Counted from the stretch's first letter, positions 16,329 to 26,994 are shown. The stretch: 64,000 bases of DNA from Vicinamibacterales bacterium (GCA_965203525.1 OZ241898.1:4695164-4759163); one strand, 5' to 3'. Program-made: numbers and translations. The notes: a model not told the origin generated them from the letters alone.

Positions 16329-17937
16329 CGGCGCGCTTCCTGTCGAGCGCCCGCTCGGACGCGAGCCGCCCGAGCGCGACCGGCGAATGGTCCGCGAACG
16401 TCATCGCCGCCGCGATCGCGGCGTGACCAGCCCGCTCCGCGATCAGCCGGTGCATCCGCTGGCAGATCCGCCGGTACGCCGGGTGTCCCTGCGGGGTCGT
16501 TCTGAGCTCGACGACGTGCATCGCTTCCCGCGCGTTCATCCGCATGTAGAAGCGGATGCGGTAGGCCATCGAGACGGCGTACTGCGCCGCGGCCGGCGAG
16601 CACCGGCGCGCAAGACGCTCGTGCAGCGCGGCGGAGTCGTCCATCACGCGGCGCCAGTCGGCTTCCGCGCCGGCTTCCGAGCCGGCGTCGGACAGGGGCG
16701 CGTATCCGTGCCGCGTCGTCAGATCCTGCCAGTCGACGGTCAGCATCCGGTGGCGCTGCAGGTCCCGGAACGCGCCGTAGTCGGACACGACGTCGAACGT
16801 GTAGGTCGCATGCTCGAAGGCCCGGCCGGGGCGGTGCCGGCGGTTCTCCCGGTTCCCGGCGCAGGTCCGGAGCACCCGGACCCGCTCTTCGGTCGTCATG
16901 CCGCGCGCCACGGCCAGCAGACGGTCGAGCGGGAGCGCGGAGGCGGGGTAGAGGGCCGCGGCCACCACCTTGACCTCGCCCTCGGGGTCGAAGTCGGCCA
17001 GCGTGACCTCGGCGCCCGGCCCGGAGTCCGCAAGATCGGCCGTCGCCTCGGCGAGCGCCCGCGTCTCCCGTTCGCACGCCGCGAGATAGCCGCTCCAGCG
17101 GACGCCGCGGTCCGGGCGGTCGACCCGCTGCAGGAACGCCGGAATCACCCGCCTGAGCTCCTCGAGCAGCAGGCCGGCCACCTCGCGCGTTTCGGCCAGC
17201 GGATGGGCCCGCATGCGCAGCAGCAGCATCTCGCAGGCCTGGCCGGAGCCGTAGATTCCCACGTTGGACCGGGTTGCGGCCGGCAGGAGGCCGCGCAGCG
17301 TGTCGAGCGCCTTGGCGCGGATCACCGCGCGGTAGACCGCGTCCGAATCCGCGGCGGACCGCGGGTGCCGCGCCCGGAAGTGCTCCTGCAGCGGCCCGAT
17401 CCAGCGCGCGTAGGTCTCGAACGCCCGATCGAGCGCCGCCTCGAACGCCCGGCGGTCCGAGTCGTCCTCCAGTTCGGCCGGGACGACGTACTTCCAGCGT
17501 CCGCCGGGCCGGTCGGTGTACGGCACGTAGCGGGTCGACTGCTCCAGGTACGACATCAGCCGGCCGCGCTCGAGCACCTTCGTGAGGACGTTCGACACGC
17601 CCTCGCAGGCGACGTGCGCGCCGCCGAGCTGCGCCACCGAGTCGTCGCCGTACTGTTCGAACACCCGGCGGTACAGCCGCTCGGCGCGTTCGCGGCCCGG
17701 CTCGCCGCGGGCGCCGCCCGCGTCCCCGCCGGCGCCGGCGAGGAATTCGTCGAGGAAGAGGCGCCGCAGCGATTTCGCGGAGCGCGAATACCGCGCGAAG
17801 AGCGCCCCCTTGACCGTCTCGGGAAGGTTGGTCAGCGCGAAGATCGGCCGGTCCGTGTTGCCGAAGCGGGACGCCAGCGCGGCGGTTTCCTCCGGGGTGA
17901 AGGTCTCCGGGACGGCGAGCGTCGAACGCACGGTCAT
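16267..17937 (-). CDS. thyX: ThyX-like (Thy1 family) FAD-dependent thymidylate synthase-related protein, long two-domain form
   Basis: ETVKGALFARYSRS and DYGAFRDLQRHRMLT (RHR motif), 556 aa. The last ~20 codons are encoded antisense to the duplicated def 3' end. Confidence 0.7.
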   Translation of the reverse strand: MTVRSTLAVPETFTPEETAALASRFGNTDRPIFALTNLPETVKGALFARYSRSAKSLRRLFLDEFLAGAGGDAGGARGEPGRERAERLYRRVFEQYGDDSVAQLGGAHVACEGVSNVLTKVLERGRLMSYLEQSTRYVPYTDRPGGRWKYVVPAELEDDSDRRAFEAALDRAFETYARWIGPLQEHFRARHPRSAADSDAVYRAVIRAKALDTLRGLLPAATRSNVGIYGSGQACEMLLLRMRAHPLAETREVAGLLLEELRRVIPAFLQRVDRPDRGVRWSGYLAACERETRALAEATADLADSGPGAEVTLADFDPEGEVKVVAAALYPASALPLDRLLAVARGMTTEERVRVLRTCAGNRENRRHRPGRAFEHATYTFDVVSDYGAFRDLQRHRMLTVDWQDLTTRHGYAPLSDAGSEAGAEADWRRVMDDSAALHERLARRCSPAAAQYAVSMAYRIRFYMRMNAREAMHVVELRTTPQGHPAYRRICQRMHRLIAERAGHAAIAAAMTFADHSPVALGRLASERALDRKRAEGGNSPDRPRQSSGPPSFSR

Positions 17938-17963
17938 GATACGCGGCGCGCGCCGCGTCCGGT

Positions 17964-18875
17964 TCAGTTCAGGTTCGCGACCCGCCGCCGCAGCGCCTTG
18001 ACGTGCTCCCAGATCTGCTTGTGCTCGTCCCGGCCCTCGGCGTCGCCTTCCTCCGCGTCGCCCACGGGCCCGCGTGACGAGAACCGCAGGTACGCCTCCA
18101 GGTCCCGCAACGCGGCGGGGTAGTCGTTCAGATGGTAGGCCAGCAGTCCGCGGTCCCGCAGCTCGGTCGTGGCGGAGGGATCGAGGGCCAGCAGCAGCTC
18201 GGTGATCGCGTGCGCCTGCGGGAACGAGCGCATGCGGACGTAGATGCGCTTCAGGTTGACCAGCATGCGGACGATGATCTCCGGCTTGGTGGCCCGCGCC
18301 AGCAGCCGGCGGTCGAACGGCGCCTCGCCCCCGGCGTGCGAGCGCAACAGCTTGCGGCAGTCGAGCTCCGACAGGATCGTGCCGCCGTGGAAGGGGTCGA
18401 CGATCACGTGCTCGCCGCCGGCGGGCGGGTCGTCCGGGCCGTCCGGCTGCGCGCGCAGCAGGAAGTGGCCCGGGAAGTTCACGCCGTCGGTCCGCAGGCC
18501 GGCCCGGCGCGACACCTCGATGTAGACGAGGGCGAGCGTGATCGGGATGCCGGTGCGGCGATCGAGGACGTTGTTGAGGAAGCTGTTCCGCGGATCGTCG
18601 TAGTGTCCGCGGTTGCCCGCGAAGCCCTGTTCCCTGAACAGGTAGGCGCTGACGCCGCGAATCCGCTGCGCCAGGCCGGCGTCGGCGCCGAGCGCCGCGA
18701 GCCGATCCGCGGCCTCCGCGCCCATCCGGTCGAGCGCCCGCAGGTACCGCGGCGCGTCGAGCTGCGGATACTCGAGGCGGGCGATCGCCAGGGCGGCCGG
18801 CGCCAGATCGGGCGACGGGGCCCGGGCCACCTCGGCGAACCGCCGGATGAAGTCGGCCGAGACGACGTTCGTCAC
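17964..18875 (-). CDS. SirB1-like transglutaminase-fold/TPR protein
   Basis: GFAGNRGHYDDPRNSFLNNVLDRRTGIPITLALVYIEVSRRAGL...GVNFPGHFLLR is typical of the SirB1/UPF0162 family, followed by a TPR-like C-terminus. Confidence 0.7.
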   Translation of the reverse strand: MTNVVSADFIRRFAEVARAPSPDLAPAALAIARLEYPQLDAPRYLRALDRMGAEAADRLAALGADAGLAQRIRGVSAYLFREQGFAGNRGHYDDPRNSFLNNVLDRRTGIPITLALVYIEVSRRAGLRTDGVNFPGHFLLRAQPDGPDDPPAGGEHVIVDPFHGGTILSELDCRKLLRSHAGGEAPFDRRLLARATKPEIIVRMLVNLKRIYVRMRSFPQAHAITELLLALDPSATTELRDRGLLAYHLNDYPAALRDLEAYLRFSSRGPVGDAEEGDAEGRDEHKQIWEHVKALRRRVANLN

Positions 18876-19657
18876 GTCACTCCAGTCCGCGCCGGCCGCG
18901 GGCGCGCGTCGACCCGTTCCGGATCGCGCGGCCGGCGGACGGCGGCCAGGAAGGGAAGGTCGACGTCGGCGAGACGCGACACGAGGGCCGCCGCGCCGGA
19001 CAATTCGCCGGCATCGTAGGTCGTGGTGACGCCGACGCAGGGCAGCCCCGCGGCGGCGGCCGCTTCGACGCCCCAGCGGGAATCCTCGATCGCGACGAAG
19101 CCGGCGGGCGACGGGGCGCGCCCGAGGCGCGCGCTCAGCAACTCCACCGCGCGGGCGTAGCAGTCCGGGGCCGGCTTGGCGCGGGCTACGTCGTCGGCCG
19201 CGACGACGGCCGAGAAATGCCGGCGGAGTCCGGCGCCGCGCAGGACGTCCTCGATCTCCCGGTGGAGCGCGCCGGAGGCGATCCCCAGGACGAGGCCGGC
19301 GGCGAGCCGCTCGATGCAGGCGGGGGCGTCCGGGAACACGACGTTCCCCGCGCCGGCCAGCTCGTCGAACCGCCGCCCCTTGGCCGCGATCAGCCGGTCC
19401 AGCTCGCCGCCGCCGAGGGGAAGACCGCGGTCGGCGGCGAGGGCGGTGAACACCCCGGCGTCGTCGAAGCCCAGGTAGCGGGCCATGTATTCATCCTGCG
19501 ACAGGGTCGTCCCGCGGACGCGCAGGACATCCTGGTACGCCCGCAGGTGCAGGCGCTCGGTGTCGGCGATGACGCCGTCGAAGTCGAAGACGACGCCGAG
19601 CAGCGGCCCGGCGTCCGCGCTCCCCCGGCCGGGGCCCCGGACGCCGGACGCGGTCAT
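18872..19657 (-). CDS. HAD-superfamily hydrolase (beta-phosphoglucomutase-like subfamily IA)
   Basis: VVFDFDGVIADTE (DxDG motif I) and ...FVAIEDSRWGVEAAAAAG (motif IV). The ATG at 19657 overlaps the upstream stop (ATGA). Confidence 0.85.
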   Translation of the reverse strand: MTASGVRGPGRGSADAGPLLGVVFDFDGVIADTERLHLRAYQDVLRVRGTTLSQDEYMARYLGFDDAGVFTALAADRGLPLGGGELDRLIAAKGRRFDELAGAGNVVFPDAPACIERLAAGLVLGIASGALHREIEDVLRGAGLRRHFSAVVAADDVARAKPAPDCYARAVELLSARLGRAPSPAGFVAIEDSRWGVEAAAAAGLPCVGVTTTYDAGELSGAAALVSRLADVDLPFLAAVRRPRDPERVDARPRPARTGVT

Positions 19658-20502
19658 GGGTCCGCCGCGCCGGCCGGCATGGTGACCGGCAGCCGGCGCT
19701 CTTCGACGGGCGGCAGCTTCTCGCCGGCGCGTATCGCCGTCCGGAGGCGGTTCTCCGGGGGCGGAAACGGGCAGTCGTACTGCTCGTCGAAGTAGCACGT
19801 GGGATGGTAGGCGCGGTTGAAGTCGAGGTCGTAGACGCCGGTCGGGCTGAACGGCAGATCGATGTAGCGTCCGGCCGGATAGGTTTCGTCGCGGCTCGTG
19901 TCGTCGCGGAACGGCACGAAGAGGCCCTCCTCGTCGGACAGCAGCGCGGTCAGCCGCCGCGGCTCGCCGTGGAGCACGAACTCCAGATGGCCGATGCGCT
20001 GCATGCGGCGGATCTGTCCGGTCGACGTGGGAACGTCGTAGACCGGCTGCTCGTCGGCGACGGCGAGCCGCGCCGGCACCCGGTAGGACGGGTCCGGCTC
20101 GTAGTAGCGGAGCGGCACCATCCACGAGCGCCGGTCAAGCGGCACGAAGGACTCGGGGTCGCTGGCGAGGAACTCGTCCTTGTAGGCGCGGGCTTCGACG
20201 AGCTGCTCCAGGTACCCGCCCTCGTCCGGCGCGGGCGGGCCGCAGGCGGCCAGCGGCAGGAAGACGAGCAGCAGGCCGGGCGCAGTCCGGCGGGCGGGCT
20301 TTTCCCGTGTCGGCGCGCCGGCCGCGGCGCCAGGGCGTCTTCGAGCGCCGGCGGCGCGCCGGACGATCGCTTCCGCCGCCCCGCGCACGCCGCGCGGCAG
20401 ACGGCCGGGCGCGGCCGTGCCGCCGCGCGATCGGCCGCTTCCCGTGGCGCCCGCCCGTGCCGGCCGTTCTCGTACGATCTCGGTCATCGACTTCCAAAGC
20501 AA
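19654..20502 (-). CDS. DUF1684 family protein (probable lipoprotein)
   Basis: LLLVFLPLAAC lipobox, then YRVPARL...GQIRRMQRIGHLEF...LFVPFRDDTS..ETYPAGRY...FNRAYHPTCYFDEQYDCPFPP, typical of DUF1684. The start codon is uncertain. Confidence 0.75.
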   Translation of the reverse strand: MLWKSMTEIVRERPARAGATGSGRSRGGTAAPGRLPRGVRGAAEAIVRRAAGARRRPGAAAGAPTREKPARRTAPGLLLVFLPLAACGPPAPDEGGYLEQLVEARAYKDEFLASDPESFVPLDRRSWMVPLRYYEPDPSYRVPARLAVADEQPVYDVPTSTGQIRRMQRIGHLEFVLHGEPRRLTALLSDEEGLFVPFRDDTSRDETYPAGRYIDLPFSPTGVYDLDFNRAYHPTCYFDEQYDCPFPPPENRLRTAIRAGEKLPPVEERRLPVTMPAGAADP

Positions 20503-20735
20503 GGCGCCGGCGAGACCGGCGGCGCCGGGAACGCCGGATCGCCGACCGTTCCCCCGCCACTATATCCCGACGTCGGGGACGTCGACCGCCCGGCAAGGCG
20601 GCGCGCCCGGGCGCAGGCGCCCGCCGCCGGTGCGGCGGCGGGCCGCGAAGAAACGAACCGCCGCCCGGCAAGGGCGCGTCCGGACGCCGCGGCGGGTCGG
20701 CGGCTGGCCGGCGCCGCGACGAACGGACCGCCGCC

Positions 20736-22508
20736 CTACAAGGGGTACGCGCCCCGCTCCACCGCCGCCTCCGAGAGCCGCCTCCGGATGCGCACGTCGT
20801 TGACCGGCGTCACCTTCAGCAGCCGGCGCAACGCGGCCAGATGCGTCCTCAGCTCGTCGCCTTCCGCCAGCGCGGCGAACGCGGAGCGGGCCGTCGTCTC
20901 GATGCGCATCGCCGCCCCGTCGACGTACGACACGGCCGCGTCGGCCTGCAGGCCGGCCCCGGCCGCCCCGGTCCGCGCCGCGGCCCGAGCGCGGGCGACG
21001 GCGCTGTCGGCCGCATAGGTGTCGATCGCGACGTCGGCCGCGAACGAAAGCACCTCCTGCTGCTCGCCGAGCTGCTCGCCGTACGTCTGCATGGCGAGGC
21101 CGACGACGGCCAGCCCGACCTTGCGGAACGCGCCGGCGGCGGCCGCCGCGGCCGCCAGCGGGCCGTCCGCCGGGGCCGCGGCGGCCCGCGGCGCCAGCAA
21201 TTCGTCCTGCAGCTTCTTCGCGGCGGGGATCAGGGGCAGCGCGCCCTTGACGGCCCGCTTGACGAGCATGCCCGGGATGAGCAGGCGGTTGATCTCGTTC
21301 GTCCCCTCGAAGATGCGGTTCACCCGCGAATCGCGGTAGTGGCGCTCGGCCGGGTAGTCCCGGACGAACCCGTTGCCGCCGTGGATCTGCACGTTCTCGT
21401 CGAGCACCTCGTGCAGCGTCTCGCTGCCCGCCACCTTGAGGATCGACGACTCGACGGCGTACTCCTCCAGCGCGCGGAGAACGGCGCCGTCGTCGCCGGG
21501 GTCGGCGCCCTCGAGCATCCCGTCGATGAGGCCCACGGTGCGGAAGACCATCGACTCGAGCGCGTAGGTGCGGGCGACCATGCCGCCGATCTTGTGCTTG
21601 ACGGCGCCGAAGCCGGCTATCGGCTGCCCGAACTGCCGCCGGCCGGCCGCGTAGCGCGCCGCTTCGCCGATGGCGCCCCGCGCGCCGCCGGCGGTCGACG
21701 CGCCCAGCTTGAAGCGGCCGTAGTTGAGCACGTTGAAGGCGACCTTGTGGCCCTTGCCGACTTCGCCGAGCAGGTTGCCGGCCGGAACCCGCACGTCCTG
21801 CAGGATCACCGGCGTCGTCGACGAACCGTGCAGGCCCATCTTGTGTTCTTCCTTGCCGGTGGAGACCCCGTCGAACCCGCGCTCGACGAGGAACGCCGTG
21901 AAGTGCTCGCCGTCCACCCTGGCGAAGACGACGTAGAGGTCGGCGAACCCGCCGTTGGTGATCCACATCTTCTCGCCGTTCAGGACGAAGCCGCCGTCCG
22001 CCTGGCGCGTCGCGCGGGCCCTGGCCCCGAGCGCGTCCGAGCCGGAGCCGGCCTCGCTCAGGCAGTAGGCGCCGACGGTCTCCCCGGTCACCAGGGACGG
22101 CAGGTAGCGCTGCTTCTGCTCGCCGGTGCCGAACATCCGGAGCGGCAGGACGGCGAGGTTGGCGTGCGCCCCGTAGGTGGCGCCGAACGATCCGCACCGG
22201 CCCAGGGCGCCGGAGATGATGGCCGCGCTGGCCTTGTCCAGCGCCAGGCCCCCGTAGGCCTCCGGCACGTCGGTGCCGAGCAGGCCCAGCTCGCCGGCGC
22301 GGCGCAGCAGCTCGCGGGCCAGATCCCAGTCCTTCGCCTCCAGCCGGTCGTTCTGCCCGGCGACCTCGTCGGCGAACTCCTGCGCCGTCCGCTGAATCAG
22401 CCGGTGCTCCTCGGTCATGCGCTCCGGCGTGAAGACGGCGTCGGGCTGCGCCGCCTCCAGGAGCCACTCTCCGCCGCGCGGCACGGTCTCGACTGCGGTG
22501 GTCGTCAT
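20736..22508 (-). CDS. Acyl-CoA dehydrogenase (long form, ~590 aa)
   Basis: ACAD N, middle and C domains are recognisable (GAYCLSEAGSGSDA...WITNGGFADLYVVFA...IHGGNGFVRDYPAERHYRDSRVNRIFEGTNEI), plus a C-terminal extension. Confidence 0.9.
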   Translation of the reverse strand: MTTTAVETVPRGGEWLLEAAQPDAVFTPERMTEEHRLIQRTAQEFADEVAGQNDRLEAKDWDLARELLRRAGELGLLGTDVPEAYGGLALDKASAAIISGALGRCGSFGATYGAHANLAVLPLRMFGTGEQKQRYLPSLVTGETVGAYCLSEAGSGSDALGARARATRQADGGFVLNGEKMWITNGGFADLYVVFARVDGEHFTAFLVERGFDGVSTGKEEHKMGLHGSSTTPVILQDVRVPAGNLLGEVGKGHKVAFNVLNYGRFKLGASTAGGARGAIGEAARYAAGRRQFGQPIAGFGAVKHKIGGMVARTYALESMVFRTVGLIDGMLEGADPGDDGAVLRALEEYAVESSILKVAGSETLHEVLDENVQIHGGNGFVRDYPAERHYRDSRVNRIFEGTNEINRLLIPGMLVKRAVKGALPLIPAAKKLQDELLAPRAAAAPADGPLAAAAAAAGAFRKVGLAVVGLAMQTYGEQLGEQQEVLSFAADVAIDTYAADSAVARARAAARTGAAGAGLQADAAVSYVDGAAMRIETTARSAFAALAEGDELRTHLAALRRLLKVTPVNDVRIRRRLSEAAVERGAYPL

Positions 22509-22551
22509 GATGTCCCTCGTCTCGTGAACGTTCGCCGGTCCGCGGCGCGGG

Positions 22552-23736
22552 TCAGAGCCGTTCGAAGATGCCGGCCGCGCCCATGCCGCCCCCCACGCAC
22601 ATGGTGACCATGCCGTAGCGTCCGCCGCGCCGTTCGAGCTCGTGCAGCAGGGTGGCGGTCAGCTTCGCGCCGGTGCAGCCGAGGGGATGGCCGAGCGCGA
22701 TGGCGCCCCCGTTGACGTTGAGCTTGTCCGGATCGATCGGCAGCTCGCGCAGGCAGGCGAGAATCTGCGCCGCGAACGCCTCGTTCAGCTCCACCAGATC
22801 GATGTCGTCGAGCGTCAGGCCGGCCGTCGCGAGCGCCTTGCGCATGGCCGGCACGGGGCCGATGCCGAACAGTTCCGGCTCGACGCCGGCCGTCGCGCAG
22901 GTCACGAAGCGCGCCAGCGGCTTCAGTCCCGCCCGCGCGGCCCGCTCGGCGGTCGTGACGACCACCGCCGCCGCGCCGTCGCTCGTCTGGGAGGAATTGC
23001 CGGCGGTGACCGATCCGCCGGCGCGGAACACCGGGCGCAGCTTCCCGAGCGCCTCCAGCGAGGTGTCCGCGCGCGGCCCCTCGTCCTTCTCGAACGCGAC
23101 CTCCCGCACGGCCGGCGCCGCGCCGCCGCCGTTCCCCGGCTCGGCGACGCGGACCGTGACCGGGACGGTCTCGGCGTCGAAGCGGCCGGCGGCCAGCGCC
23201 GCGAGCGCGCGCTGGTGGCTGCGCAGGGCGTAGGCGTCCTGTTCCTCGCGGGTGATCGACGACTCGCGGGCGTGGTTCTCGGCGACGAGGCCGGTGCCGA
23301 GGTAGACGTCCGGGTAGTGGGCCACCAGCTCCGGGTTGGGGGCGACCTTGTGCCCCCCCAGCGGCACGAGGCTCATCGATTCGGTTCCGCCGGCCACGAT
23401 CGTGTCGGCCCCGCCGGCCAGGATCCGTTCCGCCGCGAAGGCGATCGACTGCAGCCCCGACGCGCAGAAGCGGTTGACGGTGACGGCCGCGGCGGCGACC
23501 GGGATCCCGGCCCGCAGGCTGGCGATGCGGGCCACGTTCATGCCCTGCTCGGCCTCCGGCATCGCGCAGCCGAGGATGACGTCGTCCACCGTTTCCGGTT
23601 CGATGCCCTCGGCGCGGCGGAGCGCTTCGCGGATCGCGACGGCGGCCAGCTCGTCGGGGCGGGTCGTGCGCAACGCGCCCTTCGGCGCCTTGCCGACCGG
23701 GGTGCGGACGGCGGATGCGATGACTGCGTCTCTCAT
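22552..23736 (-). CDS. fadA: Acetyl-CoA C-acyltransferase (thiolase)
   Basis: NRFCASGLQ (active Cys), GNSSQTSDGAAA, NEAFA, and GHPLGCTGA...CVGGGMG. Confidence 0.95.
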   Translation of the reverse strand: MRDAVIASAVRTPVGKAPKGALRTTRPDELAAVAIREALRRAEGIEPETVDDVILGCAMPEAEQGMNVARIASLRAGIPVAAAAVTVNRFCASGLQSIAFAAERILAGGADTIVAGGTESMSLVPLGGHKVAPNPELVAHYPDVYLGTGLVAENHARESSITREEQDAYALRSHQRALAALAAGRFDAETVPVTVRVAEPGNGGGAAPAVREVAFEKDEGPRADTSLEALGKLRPVFRAGGSVTAGNSSQTSDGAAAVVVTTAERAARAGLKPLARFVTCATAGVEPELFGIGPVPAMRKALATAGLTLDDIDLVELNEAFAAQILACLRELPIDPDKLNVNGGAIALGHPLGCTGAKLTATLLHELERRGGRYGMVTMCVGGGMGAAGIFERL

Positions 23737-23767
23737 GGTCTCGGCTCGCTTGCGTCAGGATGATCGA

Positions 23768-24580
23768 TCACGCGGGGATCCGCAACGGCGCGGCGGCGCG
23801 CGCCGCGTGGGAGTGGATGAACCGCGCCACGGCGCCGGCGAAGCGCTCGGGGCGCGTCACGAGGCCCAGGTGGCCCGTCCGCTCGAGGCAATCGTAGCGC
23901 GCGCCCGGGATCGCCCGCAGGTACTCGCGCGTGGCGGCGACCGCCACGACGCGGTCGAGGTCCGGCTCGCCGGTCACGATCTGGGTGGGAGCCGTGATCC
24001 GGGCGCAGTCGGCCGCGAAGTCGACGCGCCCCGCGCAACGCACGCGCTCGGCCATGCGGACCGGCGCCATGGGATAGCGGGTGACCCGCAGCAGATGGCC
24101 CGCGGCGAAGCGCATGCGCGCGCCGAGCGGCGGGAAGGCGGCGGCGAGCTCGGGGTGGAGCCGGAAACAGGATCCGAGCGCGTAGAGCGGCGACGTCAGC
24201 CGGGGGGCGGCGAGGTACCGGCTCACGTCGCATCCCGGCCGCCACGAGGGCGGCGGCGCGGACACCAGCGTCAGGGTCCGGACGCGCTCCGGGCGGGCGG
24301 CGGCGTAGTGCACCGCGATCCAGCCGCCGTAGGACACCCCGCACAGCGACACCGGGCCGCGGACGCCGGCCCGGTCGAGCAGGGCGTCGAGCCACTCGGT
24401 GTGGCGCTCGAAGCCGGCCGCCGGGTCGGCCCCGGCGATCGACCCGGGGTCGCCCGGCAGCGATCCGGTGATCACGCGGCAGCGCGCCGCGAGCGCGTCC
24501 ACCGCGGGACGCATCCACTCCCAGCGGCCCTGGATGCCGGGGACGAGCGCGAGCGGCAGGCCGGCTCCGCGGTCCGTCAT
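23768..24580 (-). CDS. Alpha/beta hydrolase
   Basis: Nucleophile elbow GVSYGG, ...GEPDLDRVV and ...TGHLG. It sits between fadN and fadA in the same operon. Confidence 0.8.
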   Translation of the reverse strand: MTDRGAGLPLALVPGIQGRWEWMRPAVDALAARCRVITGSLPGDPGSIAGADPAAGFERHTEWLDALLDRAGVRGPVSLCGVSYGGWIAVHYAAARPERVRTLTLVSAPPPSWRPGCDVSRYLAAPRLTSPLYALGSCFRLHPELAAAFPPLGARMRFAAGHLLRVTRYPMAPVRMAERVRCAGRVDFAADCARITAPTQIVTGEPDLDRVVAVAATREYLRAIPGARYDCLERTGHLGLVTRPERFAGAVARFIHSHAARAAAPLRIPA

Positions 24581-24653
24581 CAGTTCCTCCGGGGCAACCG
24601 GGAGGATGCCGCGGACATCCCGGAGTGCGGCAGGCCGGCTCCGCGGTCCGTCA

Positions 24654-26957
24654 TCAGTTCCTCAGCGGTTTTCCGGTCTTGAGCAGGTGGGCGATGCGCT
24701 CCTGCGTCCGCGGTTCGCCGCACAGGCTCAGAAACGCTTCGCGTTCGAGGTCGAGCAGCCGCTGCTCCGACACCGCCGCGGCGTGCGGGAGGTCGCCGCC
24801 GGCGAGGACGCGGGCGAGCGTGCGCCCGACGTGCGCGTCGTAGTCGCTGATGCGCCCCGCGCGCCACGCCAGATGCACCCCGAGGTCCAGCGCCGCGCGC
24901 ACCCCGGCGCCGCCCACGGGAACGTTGCCGCGCGGCGCCGGCGGCTGGTAGCCGGCGCGCGCCAGGCCCAGCGCCGCCGCTTTCGCGTCCGCCAGGAGCC
25001 GCTCCCGGTTCATCGTGACCGCGTCGGTGTCGCGCAGGAGGCCGAGGCGCCGGGCGTCGGCGGCGCTCGTCGAGACCTTGCCGAGGCCGACGAGCTCGAA
25101 CGCATGCCGGACGTACGGCAGCGGGTCGGCCGCGCCGGCCGGCGCGCGGGCCATGAACCGGACGAGCAGCTCCTTCGTCCCGCAACCGGCCGGGATCAGG
25201 CCGGCGCCCACCTCCACCTGGCCCAGGTACGTCTCGGCCGCGGCCTGCACGCGGTCGGCGTGCAGGACGATCTCGCAGCCGCCGCCCAGGGCCAGCCCGG
25301 CCGGGGCGGCGACCACCGGCACGGCGGCGTACCGCAGCCCGAGGACGGCCGCCTGGAACGTGCGCACCAGCAGGTCGATCTCGTCCCAGTCCTCCTCCCG
25401 GGCCGCGAGCAGCAGGAGCATCAGGTTGGCGCCCGCCGAGAACGCCGGCGCGTCGTTGCCGACGACCAGCGCCTCGAAGTTCCCGGCGGCTTCCTCCACG
25501 CCGGCCTGCATCATGGCGACGGTGTCGCCGCCGATGGCGTTCATCTTCGAGTGGAACTCCAGGCCGAGCACGCCGTCGCCGAGGTCGACGAGGCTCGCGC
25601 CGGCGTTCCGTCTCACCGGCGGCCGTTCCTCCTTCGCGCGCCGCAGGAGTTGCAGATCGGGCGCCCGCGGCGGAACCGCGCCCGGCCGGAAGCGGACCGC
25701 GGCGGCCGGGGCCGGGGCGGAACGCCGCAGATCGCGCACGAGCGCCGGCGGGTCCTGCCGGCCGGCCGCGCGCAGCACGGCGTCGACCCCGACGGCGTCC
25801 CAGAGCTCGAACGGACCGAGCTCCCACCCGAAGCCCCAGCGCATCGCGCGGTCGACGTCGTCGATGGAGTGCGCGATCGCCGGCGCGGCCTCCGCCGCGT
25901 ACACCAGCGTGGGGGCGAGCGTGGCGCGCAGGAACTCCCCGACGCGGCCGCGGTCCTCGAACAGGGTCCGGATCCGCTCGGCGGGGTCGCCGATCGCGGC
26001 GGCGGCGTCCAGCGCCGGCAGCCGCGGCGGCCGGCGGGGACGGTAGTCCATCGTGCGCGGATCCAGCGTCAGGATCTCGCTGCCGCCCCCGGCCTCGCGC
26101 TTGCGGTAGAAGCCGCCCCCCGCCTTCGCCCCCAGCCGGCCCCGTTCGACCATGCCGGCGACCAGCGGGGGCAGTGCGAAGGAGGCGCGCTCCTCCGCGT
26201 CCTCGAGGCGCTCGGCCAGGTTGGCGGCCACCTGGGCCAGGACGTCCAGGCCCGCGAGGTCGAGCGTGCGGAACGTCGCCGAGCGGGGCCGGCCGACGGC
26301 GGGGCCGGTCATGGCGTCGATCTCCTCGATCGTGTGCGCGTCCCCCGCGAGCTGCTCCAGCACCCGCAGGACGCCGAACATGCCGATGCGGTTGGCGATG
26401 AAGTTCGGCGTGTCCTTGGCGACGACCACGCCCTTTCCGAGCGCGCGCTCGCCGAAGCGCACCATGGCGTCGACCACCGCCGGATCCGTGTCGGCGGCCG
26501 GGACGATCTCGAGCAGCGGCAGGTACCGCGGCGGATTGAAGAAGTGGGTACCGAGCCAGCGGCGCCGGAACGCCGCGCCGCGCCCGGCCGCGAGGCTGCC
26601 GATCGGGATGCCCGACGTGTTGGAACTGACGACGGCGCGCTCCGCCCGGTGCGGCTCGACCCGCGCCAGCAACTCCTGCTTGACGTCGAGCCGCTCGACG
26701 ACCGCTTCGACGATCCAGTCGCACCCGCCGATGCGCGGCAGATCGGCGTCGAACCCGCCCGTGGCGATGCGCCGCGCCGTCTCCGGCGTGAAGAACGGGT
26801 CGGGCTTCAATCCGCGGGCGCGCCGCAGTCCCGCGCGCGCCGTCCCGGCGTCGAGGTCCAGCAGCAGGACGGAGAGGCCCGCGTTGGCGGCGTGGGCGGC
26901 GATCTGGGCGCCCATGGCGCCGGCGCCGAGCACGGCGACCGAGTGTATCCGCTGCAT
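24654..26957 (-). CDS. 3-hydroxyacyl-CoA dehydrogenase / enoyl-CoA hydratase fusion (FadN type, 767 aa)
   Basis: The ATG at 26957 gives MQRIHSVAVLGAGAMGAQIAAHAANAG (Rossmann fold). A HADH C-domain and a crotonase-like C-terminal half follow. The ORF is open to 27692, but that extension is antisense to the AAA+ gene. Confidence 0.9.
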   Translation of the reverse strand: MQRIHSVAVLGAGAMGAQIAAHAANAGLSVLLLDLDAGTARAGLRRARGLKPDPFFTPETARRIATGGFDADLPRIGGCDWIVEAVVERLDVKQELLARVEPHRAERAVVSSNTSGIPIGSLAAGRGAAFRRRWLGTHFFNPPRYLPLLEIVPAADTDPAVVDAMVRFGERALGKGVVVAKDTPNFIANRIGMFGVLRVLEQLAGDAHTIEEIDAMTGPAVGRPRSATFRTLDLAGLDVLAQVAANLAERLEDAEERASFALPPLVAGMVERGRLGAKAGGGFYRKREAGGGSEILTLDPRTMDYRPRRPPRLPALDAAAAIGDPAERIRTLFEDRGRVGEFLRATLAPTLVYAAEAAPAIAHSIDDVDRAMRWGFGWELGPFELWDAVGVDAVLRAAGRQDPPALVRDLRRSAPAPAAAVRFRPGAVPPRAPDLQLLRRAKEERPPVRRNAGASLVDLGDGVLGLEFHSKMNAIGGDTVAMMQAGVEEAAGNFEALVVGNDAPAFSAGANLMLLLLAAREEDWDEIDLLVRTFQAAVLGLRYAAVPVVAAPAGLALGGGCEIVLHADRVQAAAETYLGQVEVGAGLIPAGCGTKELLVRFMARAPAGAADPLPYVRHAFELVGLGKVSTSAADARRLGLLRDTDAVTMNRERLLADAKAAALGLARAGYQPPAPRGNVPVGGAGVRAALDLGVHLAWRAGRISDYDAHVGRTLARVLAGGDLPHAAAVSEQRLLDLEREAFLSLCGEPRTQERIAHLLKTGKPLRN

Positions 26958-26994
26958 GTCAGCCCCCCGGCTGCGGACCGCTTCCTGCAAGTAA